A DNA stretch of 64,000 nucleotides, taken from the NCBI GenBank assembly GCA_963699545.1, contig CAVOUE010000006.1:1-64000 (forward strand). The letters are read 5' to 3'. Below, one piece after another: positions 1 to 9,529 of the stretch. A program made the position numbers and the translations under genes. Below the pieces are notes generated by a model. It worked only from the letters and a program-made list of their open reading frames with translations, did no database searches and was not told the origin of the DNA. The stretch's first letter is position 1, and the number at the start of each line of letters is the position of its first letter. The stretch is from Nitrospirota bacterium. GTDB lineage: Bacteria > Nitrospirota > Thermodesulfovibrionia > Thermodesulfovibrionales > UBA9159.

Positions 1-980
1 AACACCTTTGAAAAGGGTTTTCCCCTTAAAAGGGTTCAGCCAACTTCAGGCAACCCTTGCAGATCTGGGCCTGCAAACCAACATCCTGGGGGTGGCTGAA
101 ACAACCCTGTCCGTTTCCGTTTTTAAAACGTTGGCCAAGGCGTTTCCAGGAGGGACGTTCACGGATATCAGCGCCCTATTGGGCATGATTCGGGCGGTGA
201 AGTCCGACTACGAAGTGGGGCTCATCCGAAAAGCCGGGGCACGGCACGAGATGGTCTATGACGCCATCCCTTCCATGATCCGCGAAGGGATGACGGAATG
301 GGAGCTCGGGGCTGAGATCCACAAGGAGATGATGGCGTTGGGATACACCGGGATTATACGGCTTGCAGCGTTTGGCGGGGAGATGTTTATGGGGATCGTC
401 AGTTTCGGCGAATCAGGAAACTATCCCACCGCTTCGGTAGGGCCGGGAGGTCTGATGGGGCTTTCTCCAGCCTTCCCCCTGGTTGGGGGAAAGAAGAAAC
501 TGGGAAGGGGCGAACCGATATTCGTGGATACCGGGTTTGGGTATGAGGGATATTTCACCGATAAAACGAGGGTCTTCTCCCTTGGCGACTCCGCCCGCTT
601 CGGCGCTCGATGCTCACAAGGTATGCCTGGACATACAGGAGGCCGTCCGGTGCCGCCTCAAGCCCGGCGCCATCCCGTCCCGGATATACGAGGAGGTCTA
701 CAACGAATTCGTTTATCCCCGTGGTTTTGAAAAGCACTTCATGGGTTTCGGCAGCAACCAGGTGCCTTTCCTTGGCCACGGTATCGGATTAGCTATTGAC
801 GAATTCCCGGCCATTGCAGGCAAGGTACATACCCCCCTTGAGGCCAACATGGTCATTGCCCTGGAGCCTAAGAAGGGATTGGAAGGCATCGGGTTGGTGG
901 GTGTGGAAAACACCTTTCTTGTCACCGATGAAGGAGGAGAGAAACTGACTACCGGATCGGACGGGATGACGATTGTGTGA
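1..980 (+). CDS. Xaa-Pro aminopeptidase family (M24) peptidase, 5'-partial, frameshift near 585
   Basis: ORFs 8-730 and 483-980 together give M24 motifs (VKSDYE, DTG..Y.TDKTR, GHGIGL.IDEFP, LEPK, GVENTF). Confidence 0.85.
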
Positions 981-1065
981 CCTGTTTTATTGAAGACCTG
1001 CCCCGCGAATAAAAAGGAAAATAGGGACAGCGCCCATAAAGCGCGGTTATCAAATGCGCATGGAT

Positions 1066-1113
1066 GTCCAACCAATCGTTCTAGCGACCATGCCGCTTAA
1101 CTCGCTGTTACCG
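1066..1113 (+). other. Degenerate integron attC-like site
   Basis: GTCCAAC-caatc-GTTCTAGCG...CGCTTAAC-tcgct-GTTACCG follows the R''/L''/L'/R' layout but is short. Confidence 0.35.
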
Positions 1114-1325
1114 CATATTTCTACCGTAAATCCTCACTAGTTGCGATTTCTTGAAAGTGTGGAGTTATCGGTGTGCTCCACAAAGAAGAAGGCCCCAGGT
1201 TTTCGCCGGGACCTTACAGTGTGCTATGGAGATTTCCAGAATCAGGACTACTTCCTTAAAACCGCATCTATGATATACTTTAAAAAAATGCAGACTTTAC
1301 GTGGTAATCAATTCCAGGGCGGATT

Positions 1326-1583
1326 ATGAAGAAAATATTGGATACAGTAGTTTTTGGTGAATACACTGCAGAAGATGTGTTCATTGTTGCCGGAGTTGTG
1401 CTTGCATTATTGATGATCTTTCCAATACTAATGAGAGTTTTCAAAAAACAAGAAAGCAGTCAATACGTCCAATCAGCTGATTGTCTGAACTGTGGTTGGC
1501 ACGGAAAAGTGAGCAAGCTTGCAGGGCGATGTCCCAAATGTAACGAACCGTTAGGGGATCAGAAAGTACATCGGATGAAATAG
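1326..1583 (+). CDS. Small membrane protein with C-terminal zinc ribbon
   Basis: One TM helix followed by CLNC...CPKC; AT-rich. Confidence 0.7.
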   Translation: MKKILDTVVFGEYTAEDVFIVAGVVLALLMIFPILMRVFKKQESSQYVQSADCLNCGWHGKVSKLAGRCPKCNEPLGDQKVHRMK

Positions 1584-1619
1584 AATAGGAATGAGGAGGA
1601 ATTATGTCAAGAACGAAGG

Positions 1620-2205
1620 ATGCATGCTCTTACGTCGGCTCTCTTTGCGCTTATTTCTGCGCTCTTGTTCATCTCCCTTCAGTCCCTGGCCGCTGAACAT
1701 CCAAAAGAACATCCTGCAGGGAAACCTTCTGCAGGCCAAGTGCCGAAACCTTTGACCAAGGCCGAGATGTCGGCGGCGATCCAGTCATACATTGAGAAAG
1801 AAGCGAAAAAGTACGGAGGGTATTACGAAATTTATCGATGACCTGCAGAAGAAGACAACTTTACCTCAAACTGAAACAAATCCACGATGACCGTCTTTCC
1901 CACGTCGGCAACGATGTCTACTTTCTTCTGCGTTGATCTTGTCGACAAGGACGGGAAGGTCTATGATCTCGATTTCTTCATGAAGAGAGGCCCCGGCGGT
2001 GGCCTCGAATGTCACCGAGGTGACGATCCACAAGCAGGAGGGCAAAGAGAGATACGCGTGGTACGAGGAAAAAGGCGTCTGGAAGAAGAAGTGGCTGGTT
2101 CCCATCCCTGCTCAGCCCACCCAGGGAGGTACACTGCCTGCAGGGAAATCTGACTATCGGAGATCACCCCAGTCCGCTGCCCCCTCGCTAAAGAGATCAT
2201 CCTGA
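1620..2205 (+). CDS. Secreted hypothetical protein, frameshifted across three ORFs
   Basis: Signal peptide and EHPKEHP, then pieces 1887-2153 and 1999-2205 in other frames. Confidence 0.5.
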
Positions 2206-2228
2206 ACAACTACAGAGCGGCAAGAGAA

Positions 2229-3031
2229 CTAGCCTTTCTGAAAGGGGGTCAGGAGCAGAGGGATGAATTTCATTGTTTCCGGCCCCCTCGGTCTCGACAC
2301 CCCGATGGGCTCCAACTCTGCTGTGTTCTCGGCCCAATGATAGGTCCCGAATAACCTGTCCCATACACTGAAGACCGTCGAATAGTTACTCAGCTGACAC
2401 CTGCCTTCAAAGACATGGTGGCAGCGATGCATCCTCGGGGTGACAATGACCCTTTCCCAGTCTGTCCTGGGAACTGAAGGGGATATCCAGATTACTGTGG
2501 TGGAATTGCGACGCAGCGGTCGAGAAGCGTTTCAAAGGCTACAATCCCCAGGAGAGAAGGCCCCCATAGGAGTATGAGCGCCCCCTTGATACTGTTGGTC
2601 AGCAGGAGTTCGCCGATATGGAACCTCGAGGCTGTCGTCACATCTATTTCCATGTCCGAATGATGCGCCTTGTGAAACCTCCAGAGAAGACCGATCCTGT
2701 GATTTGCCCGGTGCATCCAGTAGTCCCAGCAATCAAAAACCACAAAGGTCACGAGGACCTCTGTCCAGCCGCGGAGACCTAAAACGGATGCGAGACCAAA
2801 GGAGTGTAATTGAGTGAAACGGGCAGCGGCGTAGAGAGGCGAAAACAGAACGAAATAGAGGATGAGGGAGTTGAGAACGCTGACGCCGAAGTGAAAGACG
2901 ACGCGAAAGGCCTTATTCTGCTTGGACCGTACAAAGGGATGCCTCGCCTCGAACAAGAGCATGCAGGCAAAGAGCGAAAGATATACTGTTGATCTCACGA
3001 GAAAGGGATTCATCGTTCTATTATAGTCCAA
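2229..3031 (-). CDS. Sterol desaturase / fatty acid hydroxylase family, frameshifted
   Basis: His boxes YWMHRANH, FHKAHHSD and HRCHH; NYS....WDRLFGTY. Confidence 0.85.
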
Positions 3032-3113
3032 CCCGTATCCGGATGAACGGAGGAGAATAGAGCACCCCGCGGTAAGACTGGCTTTCCCTCACTATGTGAG
3101 CTAAAATGTCGCT

Positions 3114-4049
3114 ATGGAGAAGGATTTGATCTGCAGACCTATGATCATGTTCGGGGGCAAAGGCGGTGTGGGCAAGACCACGTGTTCGGCGGCCACTGCA
3201 GTGCGGCTCGCATCATCCGGACAGAGAACGTTGATCATCACGTCGGATGCAACCCCTTCCCTCTCCGACATCTTTGAACAGGAGATAGGAGACAGGATCA
3301 GATCGATAGAGGAGTGTCTCGATGCCGTTGAGATAGGTCATGACGCGATCCTGAACAAGTGGAAGAAGAAATTCGGCCCTGATTTTTACGAGATACTCTC
3401 CCACCTCATAGATGTGGAGGGGCTCGACAGCGAGTCACGCCACCAGTTGCTGGACTATATCGGGTCTGCGCCTTCCCTGAGGGAAGAGACCATGCTCGAC
3501 CTCATCGTGGATATGGCGGAGGCAGGCACCTATGATCGCATCGTCTGGGATACTGCGCCTGCAGGGGAAACACTGAATCTCCTCAATATGCCGGCATATA
3601 TACGAAACCATCTCAGCGCGGGCTCCAGGGTCTTCGAGGGGCTGGACAAGATCGGGAAGAAGATCACCGGGAGGAGGTCTATCGCACAGATCATGGAGGA
3701 ATGGATCATCGCATCGGAAAGGATCTCCCGGTATATCCACACGAGATCGGCCTTCATCCTCGTTGCCAACCCCGAAGCGCTTGTGGTCAAACAGGCCCGA
3801 AGGGTAGTGGAAACCCTCAGGGGGTACCATATCACTCTCCAGGGTATGATCATCAACAGGGTGATCAGGGACCCTGACTCCCGGTCCTTCAGGGCTCTGC
3901 AGGAAATGCAGGAAGGATATCTGGGAGATCTCATGAGGTTGGCAGACGGATTACCGGTCGCAACGCTGCCCTTCTCGCCGAAAGAGATAAAAGGCAAGAA
4001 TGCCTTGCGGGAAATAGGAGAAGGATTAATAAGGGATCTTGGACTGTAA
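3114..4049 (+). CDS. ArsA/GET3 family ATPase, single domain
   Basis: GGKGGVGKTT deviant Walker A; DTAPAGETL. Confidence 0.85.
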   Translation: MEKDLICRPMIMFGGKGGVGKTTCSAATAVRLASSGQRTLIITSDATPSLSDIFEQEIGDRIRSIEECLDAVEIGHDAILNKWKKKFGPDFYEILSHLIDVEGLDSESRHQLLDYIGSAPSLREETMLDLIVDMAEAGTYDRIVWDTAPAGETLNLLNMPAYIRNHLSAGSRVFEGLDKIGKKITGRRSIAQIMEEWIIASERISRYIHTRSAFILVANPEALVVKQARRVVETLRGYHITLQGMIINRVIRDPDSRSFRALQEMQEGYLGDLMRLADGLPVATLPFSPKEIKGKNALREIGEGLIRDLGL

Positions 4050-4172
4050 TACCTTCCAACAACAACGCGGTCCTCATTCTTTCCGTCAGAACAAGCCTGA
4101 CCTCCATGTGACTTCCCCGGTTTCGCGCTTCTTGACATGACCTCAAATGCTGATAGGATTGAATCATCGAGT

Positions 4173-4487
4173 ATGAAGAACGCTTTGAGAGCCATCGCGG
4201 CGGTTTTCGGATCCATCGTGTTTTCCGGCCTTGTTTCTTTTGCAGCCGAAACGGCGTACGAATACGTTGATGACGCGACGATCACCGCAAAAGCCAATGA
4301 GGTAATAGCCAGAGATCCGTATGCTTCTTATTCAAGGATCGAAGTGGACACCACGGGGGGAAATGTTGTACTTATGGGTTCCGTGAACAGCGTAGTGACC
4401 AAGGAAGAGCTCATAAGCAAGATCAAGATGATCAAAGGCGTTAAATCCGTCAGAAGCCTCCTGAAGGTGGAGGAGAAGAAGAAGTGA
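4173..4487 (+). CDS. BON (OsmY-like) domain protein
   Basis: Signal peptide; DDATITAK...V.L.GSV...IKGVKSV. Confidence 0.85.
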   Translation: MKNALRAIAAVFGSIVFSGLVSFAAETAYEYVDDATITAKANEVIARDPYASYSRIEVDTTGGNVVLMGSVNSVVTKEELISKIKMIKGVKSVRSLLKVEEKKK

Positions 4488-4600
4488 GGAGAAGCGTTTC
4501 CGGTGCACCGGTAACCAACACCACAAATGTGTTGAAATTATTCATGAATACTGGTAGAAATATAGTTATGGAGGAGAAAGAGGCTCGGATGGAAAGACAC

Positions 4601-4620
4601 GATGTGTCCCTAATTATTTC
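4601..4620 (+). repeat. GGGATGTGTCCCT-family motif, copy 1
   Basis: GATGTGTCCCTAATTATTTC; related copies at 5479, 9846, 13725 and inverted at 15821. Confidence 0.75.
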
Positions 4621-4635
4621 CCGGGAGGTAACACA

Positions 4636-5436
4636 ATGAAAAAGGTACTTCTTGGAACAATGCTTTTGGCGTTGCTCATTGCAGTTCCTGTTCCAACAAT
4701 GGCTAGGGTGGATATAAACATTGGTATTGGTCTGCCGCCGCCCGTCGCATTTGCCGCACCACCGGAGTTGATAGTGCTGCCCGGCACGTATGTCTACGTC
4801 GCCCCGGAAGTGGAGATGGACCTCTTCTTCTGGAATGGTTGGTGGTGGCGTCTATGGGAAGGCCGGTGGTATCGCTCGCATTATTATAACCGGGGCTGGG
4901 GTTATTATAATACTGTCCCCACCTTTTATTTTGATGTAGATCCGGGGTGGAGAGGATACTACAGATCCCATACCTGGTATGGGCGGCCATGGAACTATGA
5001 ACGGATCTCTAACCAGCGAGTCCAGCAGAACTGGAAGACCTGGCAAAGTAATCGGCATTGGGAAAGGCGGGGAACCTGGGGCGTCCAGAGCTATCAACCC
5101 CGATCACAACAGCAGAGACAGGACTTTAGACAGCAAAGGCAACAGGAATATCACCAGAGGCCCGAGGTTCAGCAACATCAGCAGTGGCAGCAGCAGCAGA
5201 GGCAGCAGCAACAAAGACAGCCTCAGGGGAACGTTCAGCAACAGCAACAGAGGCAGCAGCAACAAAGACAACCCCAGGGGAACGTTCAGCAACAGCAACA
5301 GAGGCAGCAGCAACAACAAAAACAACCTCAGGAGAAAGTTCAGCAGCAGCAAAGACATCAGGCTGAGCAACCACAGCACTCTCAGCCTCAGGGAAGATCG
5401 GGCAAAGGAGAGGAAGAGAAACAGGAGAGAAGGTAA
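4636..5436 (+). CDS. Secreted Trp/Tyr-rich protein with Gln-rich repeat tail
   Basis: RBS GGAGG, signal peptide, WNGWWW-rich core, Q-rich C-terminus. Confidence 0.8.
   Translation: MKKVLLGTMLLALLIAVPVPTMARVDINIGIGLPPPVAFAAPPELIVLPGTYVYVAPEVEMDLFFWNGWWWRLWEGRWYRSHYYNRGWGYYNTVPTFYFDVDPGWRGYYRSHTWYGRPWNYERISNQRVQQNWKTWQSNRHWERRGTWGVQSYQPRSQQQRQDFRQQRQQEYHQRPEVQQHQQWQQQQRQQQQRQPQGNVQQQQQRQQQQRQPQGNVQQQQQRQQQQQKQPQEKVQQQQRHQAEQPQHSQPQGRSGKGEEEKQERR
5186..5350 (+). repeat. 51-bp coding tandem repeat (RQPQGNVQQQQQRQQQQ), about 3 copies
   Basis: GGGGAACGTTCAGCAACAG at 5226 and 5277 (period 51). Confidence 0.85.
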
Positions 5437-5478
5437 GGCGGGGAAAGGTTCCTGCGCGGATCGAGCGCATGAAGCTCA

Positions 5479-5500
5479 GGATGTGTCCCTGTAATTTCCT
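5479..5500 (+). repeat. GGGATGTGTCCCT-family motif, copy 2
   Basis: GGATGTGTCCCTGTAATTTCC. Confidence 0.65.
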
Positions 5501-5519
5501 CGTGAGCTGACGTACTGTC

Positions 5520-6701
5520 TTGTTTGATGGCGATATGAAATATAAAGCGCTGGCCTCTTCAGCCCCCTATCAAAGCTTTCAGCCGTTGTTGGACAGATTG
5601 AAGCTCACAGAGAATGAGCTCCTCGTTCTCAGCCGACACCGGGATTTCTTTATACGTGAGAAGGACGAGTTTGCGAAGGTCTTCTACGAATCCTTCCGTG
5701 CGCTGCCGGAGACCCACATACTGCTCGAACATTTCGGGAAGCCCGAACTCATGAAGCTCACCTGGGCTACGTGGTTTGAAAGGCTTTTCCGCGAAAACCT
5801 CGACTCGAACTTTATTCACTATCTGTGGAGGATAGGCCTGAAGCATGTGGAGATAAACCTGGATCAGCGCTACACGAGCTTTGGCTTCTCCCTTGTGCGG
5901 AGGTTCTGTCACCGACTTGCCCTCGAGGGCTTCCCGCCGCAGGTTGCCGTGGAGATCTTACCCGTAGTGGATAAGCTTGTGGATTCCTGCATCGTTGTCG
6001 AAACCAGCGCTTACATAGAGGCCACCGTTCGCTGCGATGTGGAGATCCTCAAGGGGATAGCCGACAAGATCCGGAATCCCGTAACCATAATAGGAGGCAA
6101 CCTCAGAAGGCTTCAGAGACGTATAGATCCGGAAGACTCCCTCTATAAGGATTACGAATTTCTCATCTCTTCTACCAACCGCTGCGAGGACATGATAGAG
6201 GACATAAACACGTATATCGAAATGTTCCAGCGCGAGGCGAGCTTCGAGCAGTGCATGCTTGAAACCGTTATAGAGAATATGCTTGACAGGCTGGCGGTTC
6301 GAAAGAAACTCGAAGGAGTAAAAGTGGAAGTCCTCCTGAGCCCCGATGCCCGCTTCGTGAGGGGTGACCCGACCGACCTTCGCCACCTCTTCTACCACAT
6401 CATAGAGAACAGCGTAGAGGCATCCCACGCTGCACAAAGTCCCCTGGTGCGCATAAGCTCTGTTCCGCAGGAAGACCCTCCACACACCGTGCGGGTAGAG
6501 GTGTTCAATAATGGCGAGGTGATAAACCTTGCGAATATTTCAGATATTTTCGCCCCCTTTTATTCAACAAAGACCAAGGGCTCGGGCCTGGGGCTTTCGA
6601 TAGCAAAACTTGCCCTGCGCAAGAACTTCGGTGAGATAGATTTCGAGCCTCTCCCTCAGGAAGGGACAAAGGTGTACATAACCCTCGAACGGGCGGACTG
6701 A
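5520..6701 (+). CDS. Protoglobin-coupled histidine kinase-like sensor; H-box His replaced by Asp
   Basis: Globin signature WRIGLKHVEINL; HisKA IADKIRNP; HATPase IIENS, PFYSTK, GSGLGL. Confidence 0.85.
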   Translation: MFDGDMKYKALASSAPYQSFQPLLDRLKLTENELLVLSRHRDFFIREKDEFAKVFYESFRALPETHILLEHFGKPELMKLTWATWFERLFRENLDSNFIHYLWRIGLKHVEINLDQRYTSFGFSLVRRFCHRLALEGFPPQVAVEILPVVDKLVDSCIVVETSAYIEATVRCDVEILKGIADKIRNPVTIIGGNLRRLQRRIDPEDSLYKDYEFLISSTNRCEDMIEDINTYIEMFQREASFEQCMLETVIENMLDRLAVRKKLEGVKVEVLLSPDARFVRGDPTDLRHLFYHIIENSVEASHAAQSPLVRISSVPQEDPPHTVRVEVFNNGEVINLANISDIFAPFYSTKTKGSGLGLSIAKLALRKNFGEIDFEPLPQEGTKVYITLERAD

Positions 6702-6793
6702 TCTCTCTTTTCGATGGGAATTCCCCGGAGCACCCTGCCGCTTGCAGATATCGGGGCAAATAATGTATCCTTGTTGTAAGGAGGTAAGGAAAC

Positions 6794-7049
6794 ATGCTTG
6801 CTAAGAAGACATCGAAAAACCAACTCACGCTGCCGAAAGAGATCGTCAAGGCATTCCCGGACGCCGAGTACTTCGATGTGTCGGTGAAGGAGCAGGAAGA
6901 TAGTCCTCATGCCGGTCAAAATAACCCCTGCCGATACGACCCTTGACGGTATAAGGGAAAAGATGGCAAAGCTGGGCATTATTGAAGATGACGTTGCAAA
7001 GGCGATTAAGTGGGCAAGAAAGAGAAAGACGCGTAAGAGTCGTCCTTGA
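6794..7049 (+). CDS. AbrB/MazE-type antitoxin, frameshifted
   Basis: Read by hand: MLAKKTSKNQLTLPKEIV...KIVLMPV...KAIKWARK; RBS upstream. Confidence 0.7.
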
Positions 7050-7440
7050 TACGAATGTCCTTATTTCATCAATCCTCTTCAGAGGTGAGCTGGCCGGAAT
7101 AGTCGATCTGTGGAAAAGGGGCAGGATTGTGCCCGTTGTTCTCAAGAGAGACTTTCGATGAATTCAGGACCGTCCTTGAGTATCCGAAATTCAGGCTCAC
7201 AGAGAGCGAGATAAAATCGATTATTGAGGAAGAGGTGCTTCCTTTTGTCGAGATAGTTGAGATAGCAGGCGAGAAGATGCACGAGTGTGCAAAGATTCCG
7301 ATGACGACAAGTTCGTTGCATGCGCCCTGTCCGCGTCGGCTGATTTCATCGTCAGCCGGGATAAGGACTTCTGTGATGTTGCCGCATACGGGACGATCAA
7401 GATCATACGGGCTTCGGATCTGTTGCGCATGTTGGATTAA
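7010..7440 (+). CDS. PIN-family putative toxin, frameshifted
   Basis: Read by hand: VRVVLDTNVLISS...YPKF...CKDSDDDKFVACALSASADFIVSRDKD. Confidence 0.75.
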
Positions 7441-7466
7441 ACAGTACCCTCCCCTCTTTGCCTGCC

Positions 7467-7495
7467 TTGACAACAACGATGAGCAGTTATACAAT
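7467..7495 (+). promoter_or_regulatory. Sigma70-type promoter of the vapBC-like module
   Basis: TTGACA-17 bp-TACAAT upstream of 7539. Confidence 0.7.
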
Positions 7496-7538
7496 ATTGC
7501 AATAACGTTTAACATATTATGAGAAAGGTTGGAGGAAT

Positions 7539-7766
7539 ATGGCTACGGTAAAAACCCTGTCCAAAGGACAAATCGTCATTCCCGCTGAGATCAGGAAGAA
7601 GCACCACATTGAGCCGGGGACGGAGATGCAGATCATGGAATACGGAGGCATAATCTATCTCATACCCCCTGTCAACGATCCGGTCAAGGCAGCCTGCGGC
7701 ATCCTGCCGGCCAGGCCGTCGCTTGCCGGCCATCTCCTGAAAGGGCGCAAAGGCGATTTCAGATGA
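7539..7766 (+). CDS. AbrB/MazE/SpoVT-type antitoxin
   Basis: TLSKGQIVIPAEIRKK signature; overlaps the toxin start. Confidence 0.9.
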   Translation: MATVKTLSKGQIVIPAEIRKKHHIEPGTEMQIMEYGGIIYLIPPVNDPVKAACGILPARPSLAGHLLKGRKGDFR

Positions 7767-8170
7767 CCCTCAAAGGGGCATATCTCTTCGACAGTCATGC
7801 CCTGCTCAAGTTCTTTCAGGCCGAGGCAGGACATGAAAAGGTCATGCGCCTCCTCGATCAGATACGGAAAGCGGGCGCGCAGAAGTATCTCAACGCCATC
7901 AATCTGGGAGAGATCATCTATGCGACAAAACGGGAATTCGGGGATCAGAAGAAGATCGAGGTGCTCGCCCACATCGAGCGCCTGAATTTCACTGTTCTCC
8001 CGGTGCCGAACAGTCTTATCTTCCAGGCTGCGGAATACAAAGCCGAGTTCGGCATCTCCTATGCGGACTGCTTTGCGCTCGCCTCGGCTGTTGAGCATAA
8101 AGCTCCGATCGTAACGGGCGCTCCGGAGTTCAAGAAGGTGGAGCATCTTGTGGAGATAGTATGGGTGTGA
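7763..8170 (+). CDS. vapC: VapC-family PIN toxin
   Basis: YLFDSHALL, INLGE, ISYADCFA, IVTG. Confidence 0.85.
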   Translation: MTLKGAYLFDSHALLKFFQAEAGHEKVMRLLDQIRKAGAQKYLNAINLGEIIYATKREFGDQKKIEVLAHIERLNFTVLPVPNSLIFQAAEYKAEFGISYADCFALASAVEHKAPIVTGAPEFKKVEHLVEIVWV

Positions 8171-8230
8171 TAGACAGACCGAAGGGAGAAACCTTCAGCC
8201 TAATTACCTTTTACTCTTTTAGGACACATC

Positions 8231-8283
8231 ATGCGTGATCACACGAAACTTCGGGCGTTTGAGATGGCTGAAGCGGCAGATAA
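8231..8283 (+). pseudogene. Four-helix-bundle (23S-IVP/bAvd-like) protein, N-terminal remnant
   Basis: MRDHTKLRAFEMAE resembles the typical N-terminus of this family; CCTTCAGCCT upstream. Confidence 0.55.
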
Positions 8284-8790
8284 AGAGTTCGAAAACTTGA
8301 AGTCACAAATTGTGATTTCAAGGTAGAGGGATGATGAAAGAACTTATTCTCGTTGAGATGATCGAAAGAAAGATTTATCTGATTCGCGGCCATAAGGTCA
8401 TGCTCGACAGTGACCTTGCGGAACTTTACGGGGTGCCTACGAGACGATTGAATGAGCAATTCAAACGTAACATTTCATGATTCCCCTCGGATTTCATGTT
8501 TCAGTTATCACCCGAAGAAGCTGAAAACTTGAGATCGCAATTTGCGACCTCAAGTTCAAGACATGGCGGCAGAAGATACCTTCCTTACGTTTTTACTGAG
8601 CAGGGTGTTGCTATGCTGTCAAGTGTTCTCAACAGCGAACGCGCCATTCAGGTAAACATCGCGATCATGCGGGCTTTCGTCAAGTTGCGCGAGCTGATGG
8701 TCACGCACAAGGACCTTGCCCGTAAGCTCACTGACATAGAGAAGAAATATGATTCGCAGTTCAAGGTTGCTTTCGATGCGATCCGGCAGC

Positions 8791-9076
8791 TTTACCCCGT
8801 TAGAGATTACAGCCTATGTACTATACTTACGTAATTCAGAGTGAAAAGGATAAGCGATTCTATACGGGGTTCACAAGGGATTTACGGAACCGCTTGAACG
8901 AACATAATAATGGACAAGTCCCCTCGACAAAAAATAGAGGCCCTTCGAAATTGATTTATTATGAGGCATGCTTGATCAGCAGGATGCCACAGCGCGGGAG
9001 AAGTATCTAAAATCAGGGATGGGGAAGCGCTACCTGAAGAACAGGCTGAAGCGGTTCCTATCTCTAACGGGGTGAA
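8791..9076 (+). mobile_element. Inverted-repeat-bounded GIY-YIG mini-element
   Basis: TTTACCCCGTTAGAGAT (8791-8807) and ATCTCTAACGGGGTGAA (9060-9076), 16/17 inverted match; interrupts ORF6N. Confidence 0.75.
8816..9075 (+). CDS. Small GIY-YIG nuclease, frameshift near 8972
   Basis: MYYTYVIQS...FYTGFT.DL..RL.EHN.G...STK...YYEAC, then [26 protein letters not shown]. Confidence 0.85.
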
Positions 9077-9220
9077 TGATACCGCTGGAGAAGAAGAAGA
9101 GGAACGATCGGATTTCGGAGAGCGGATTGAGAGGATGCCTCAGCCTATGTGCCTGATTGCAGCCTTCAGCCTTTAGTCTATGTTCTAATTTACTTCAGTC
9201 TTCAGCCTATGTACCTTCTT

Positions 9221-9262
9221 AATTGCCAAAATTGTAACAATTAACTACAATAGGGCCGTTGG
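9221..9262 (+). repeat. Repeated promoter-like segment, copy 1 of 3
   Basis: AATTGCCAAAA...TACAATA.GGCCGT; also at 12392 and 13501; TTGCCA-17/18 bp-TACAAT. Confidence 0.65.
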
Positions 9263-9340
9263 GACTTTCATACGGGAAGGGTTGACGCATTGTCAATAAT
9301 GAATTAAAGGAATATAATAACTGAAGATCGGAGGTGCAGT

Positions 9341-9529
9341 ATGCCCAAGGCAAGAGGGATGACCGTGGATGAGATAGAACAGATAGTCGAGCAGAAAATG
9401 CTTGAAATTATTGGCGACCCGGATTCAGGGCTTCATCTAAAGAAGAAATTCAGGACACAGCTGGAACAGAGACTAAAGAAACCATCGAGAAGAATTTCCC
9501 ACGAAGAGGTATTAAGAAGATTTGCCTAA
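9341..9529 (+). CDS. Putative antitoxin
   Basis: Small ORF overlapping the RelE start; DPDSGL, ISHEEV. Confidence 0.75.
   Translation: MPKARGMTVDEIEQIVEQKMLEIIGDPDSGLHLKKKFRTQLEQRLKKPSRRISHEEVLRRFA

Larger units (their letters stand above)
8331..9130 (+). pseudogene. ORF6N-domain DNA-binding protein, interrupted
   Basis: IYLIRGHKVMLDSDLAELYGV...FP.DFMFQL...[17 protein letters not shown]; in-frame TGA 8478-8480; C-terminus (..IPLEKKKR../IGF) resumes after 9076. Confidence 0.85.

Noticed and set aside
8478-8480. In-frame TGA in ORF6N as selenocysteine or recoding
   Set aside because: The position is normally Arg (CGA to TGA fits), the gene is also insertion-disrupted, and TGA is used as a stop throughout the window.
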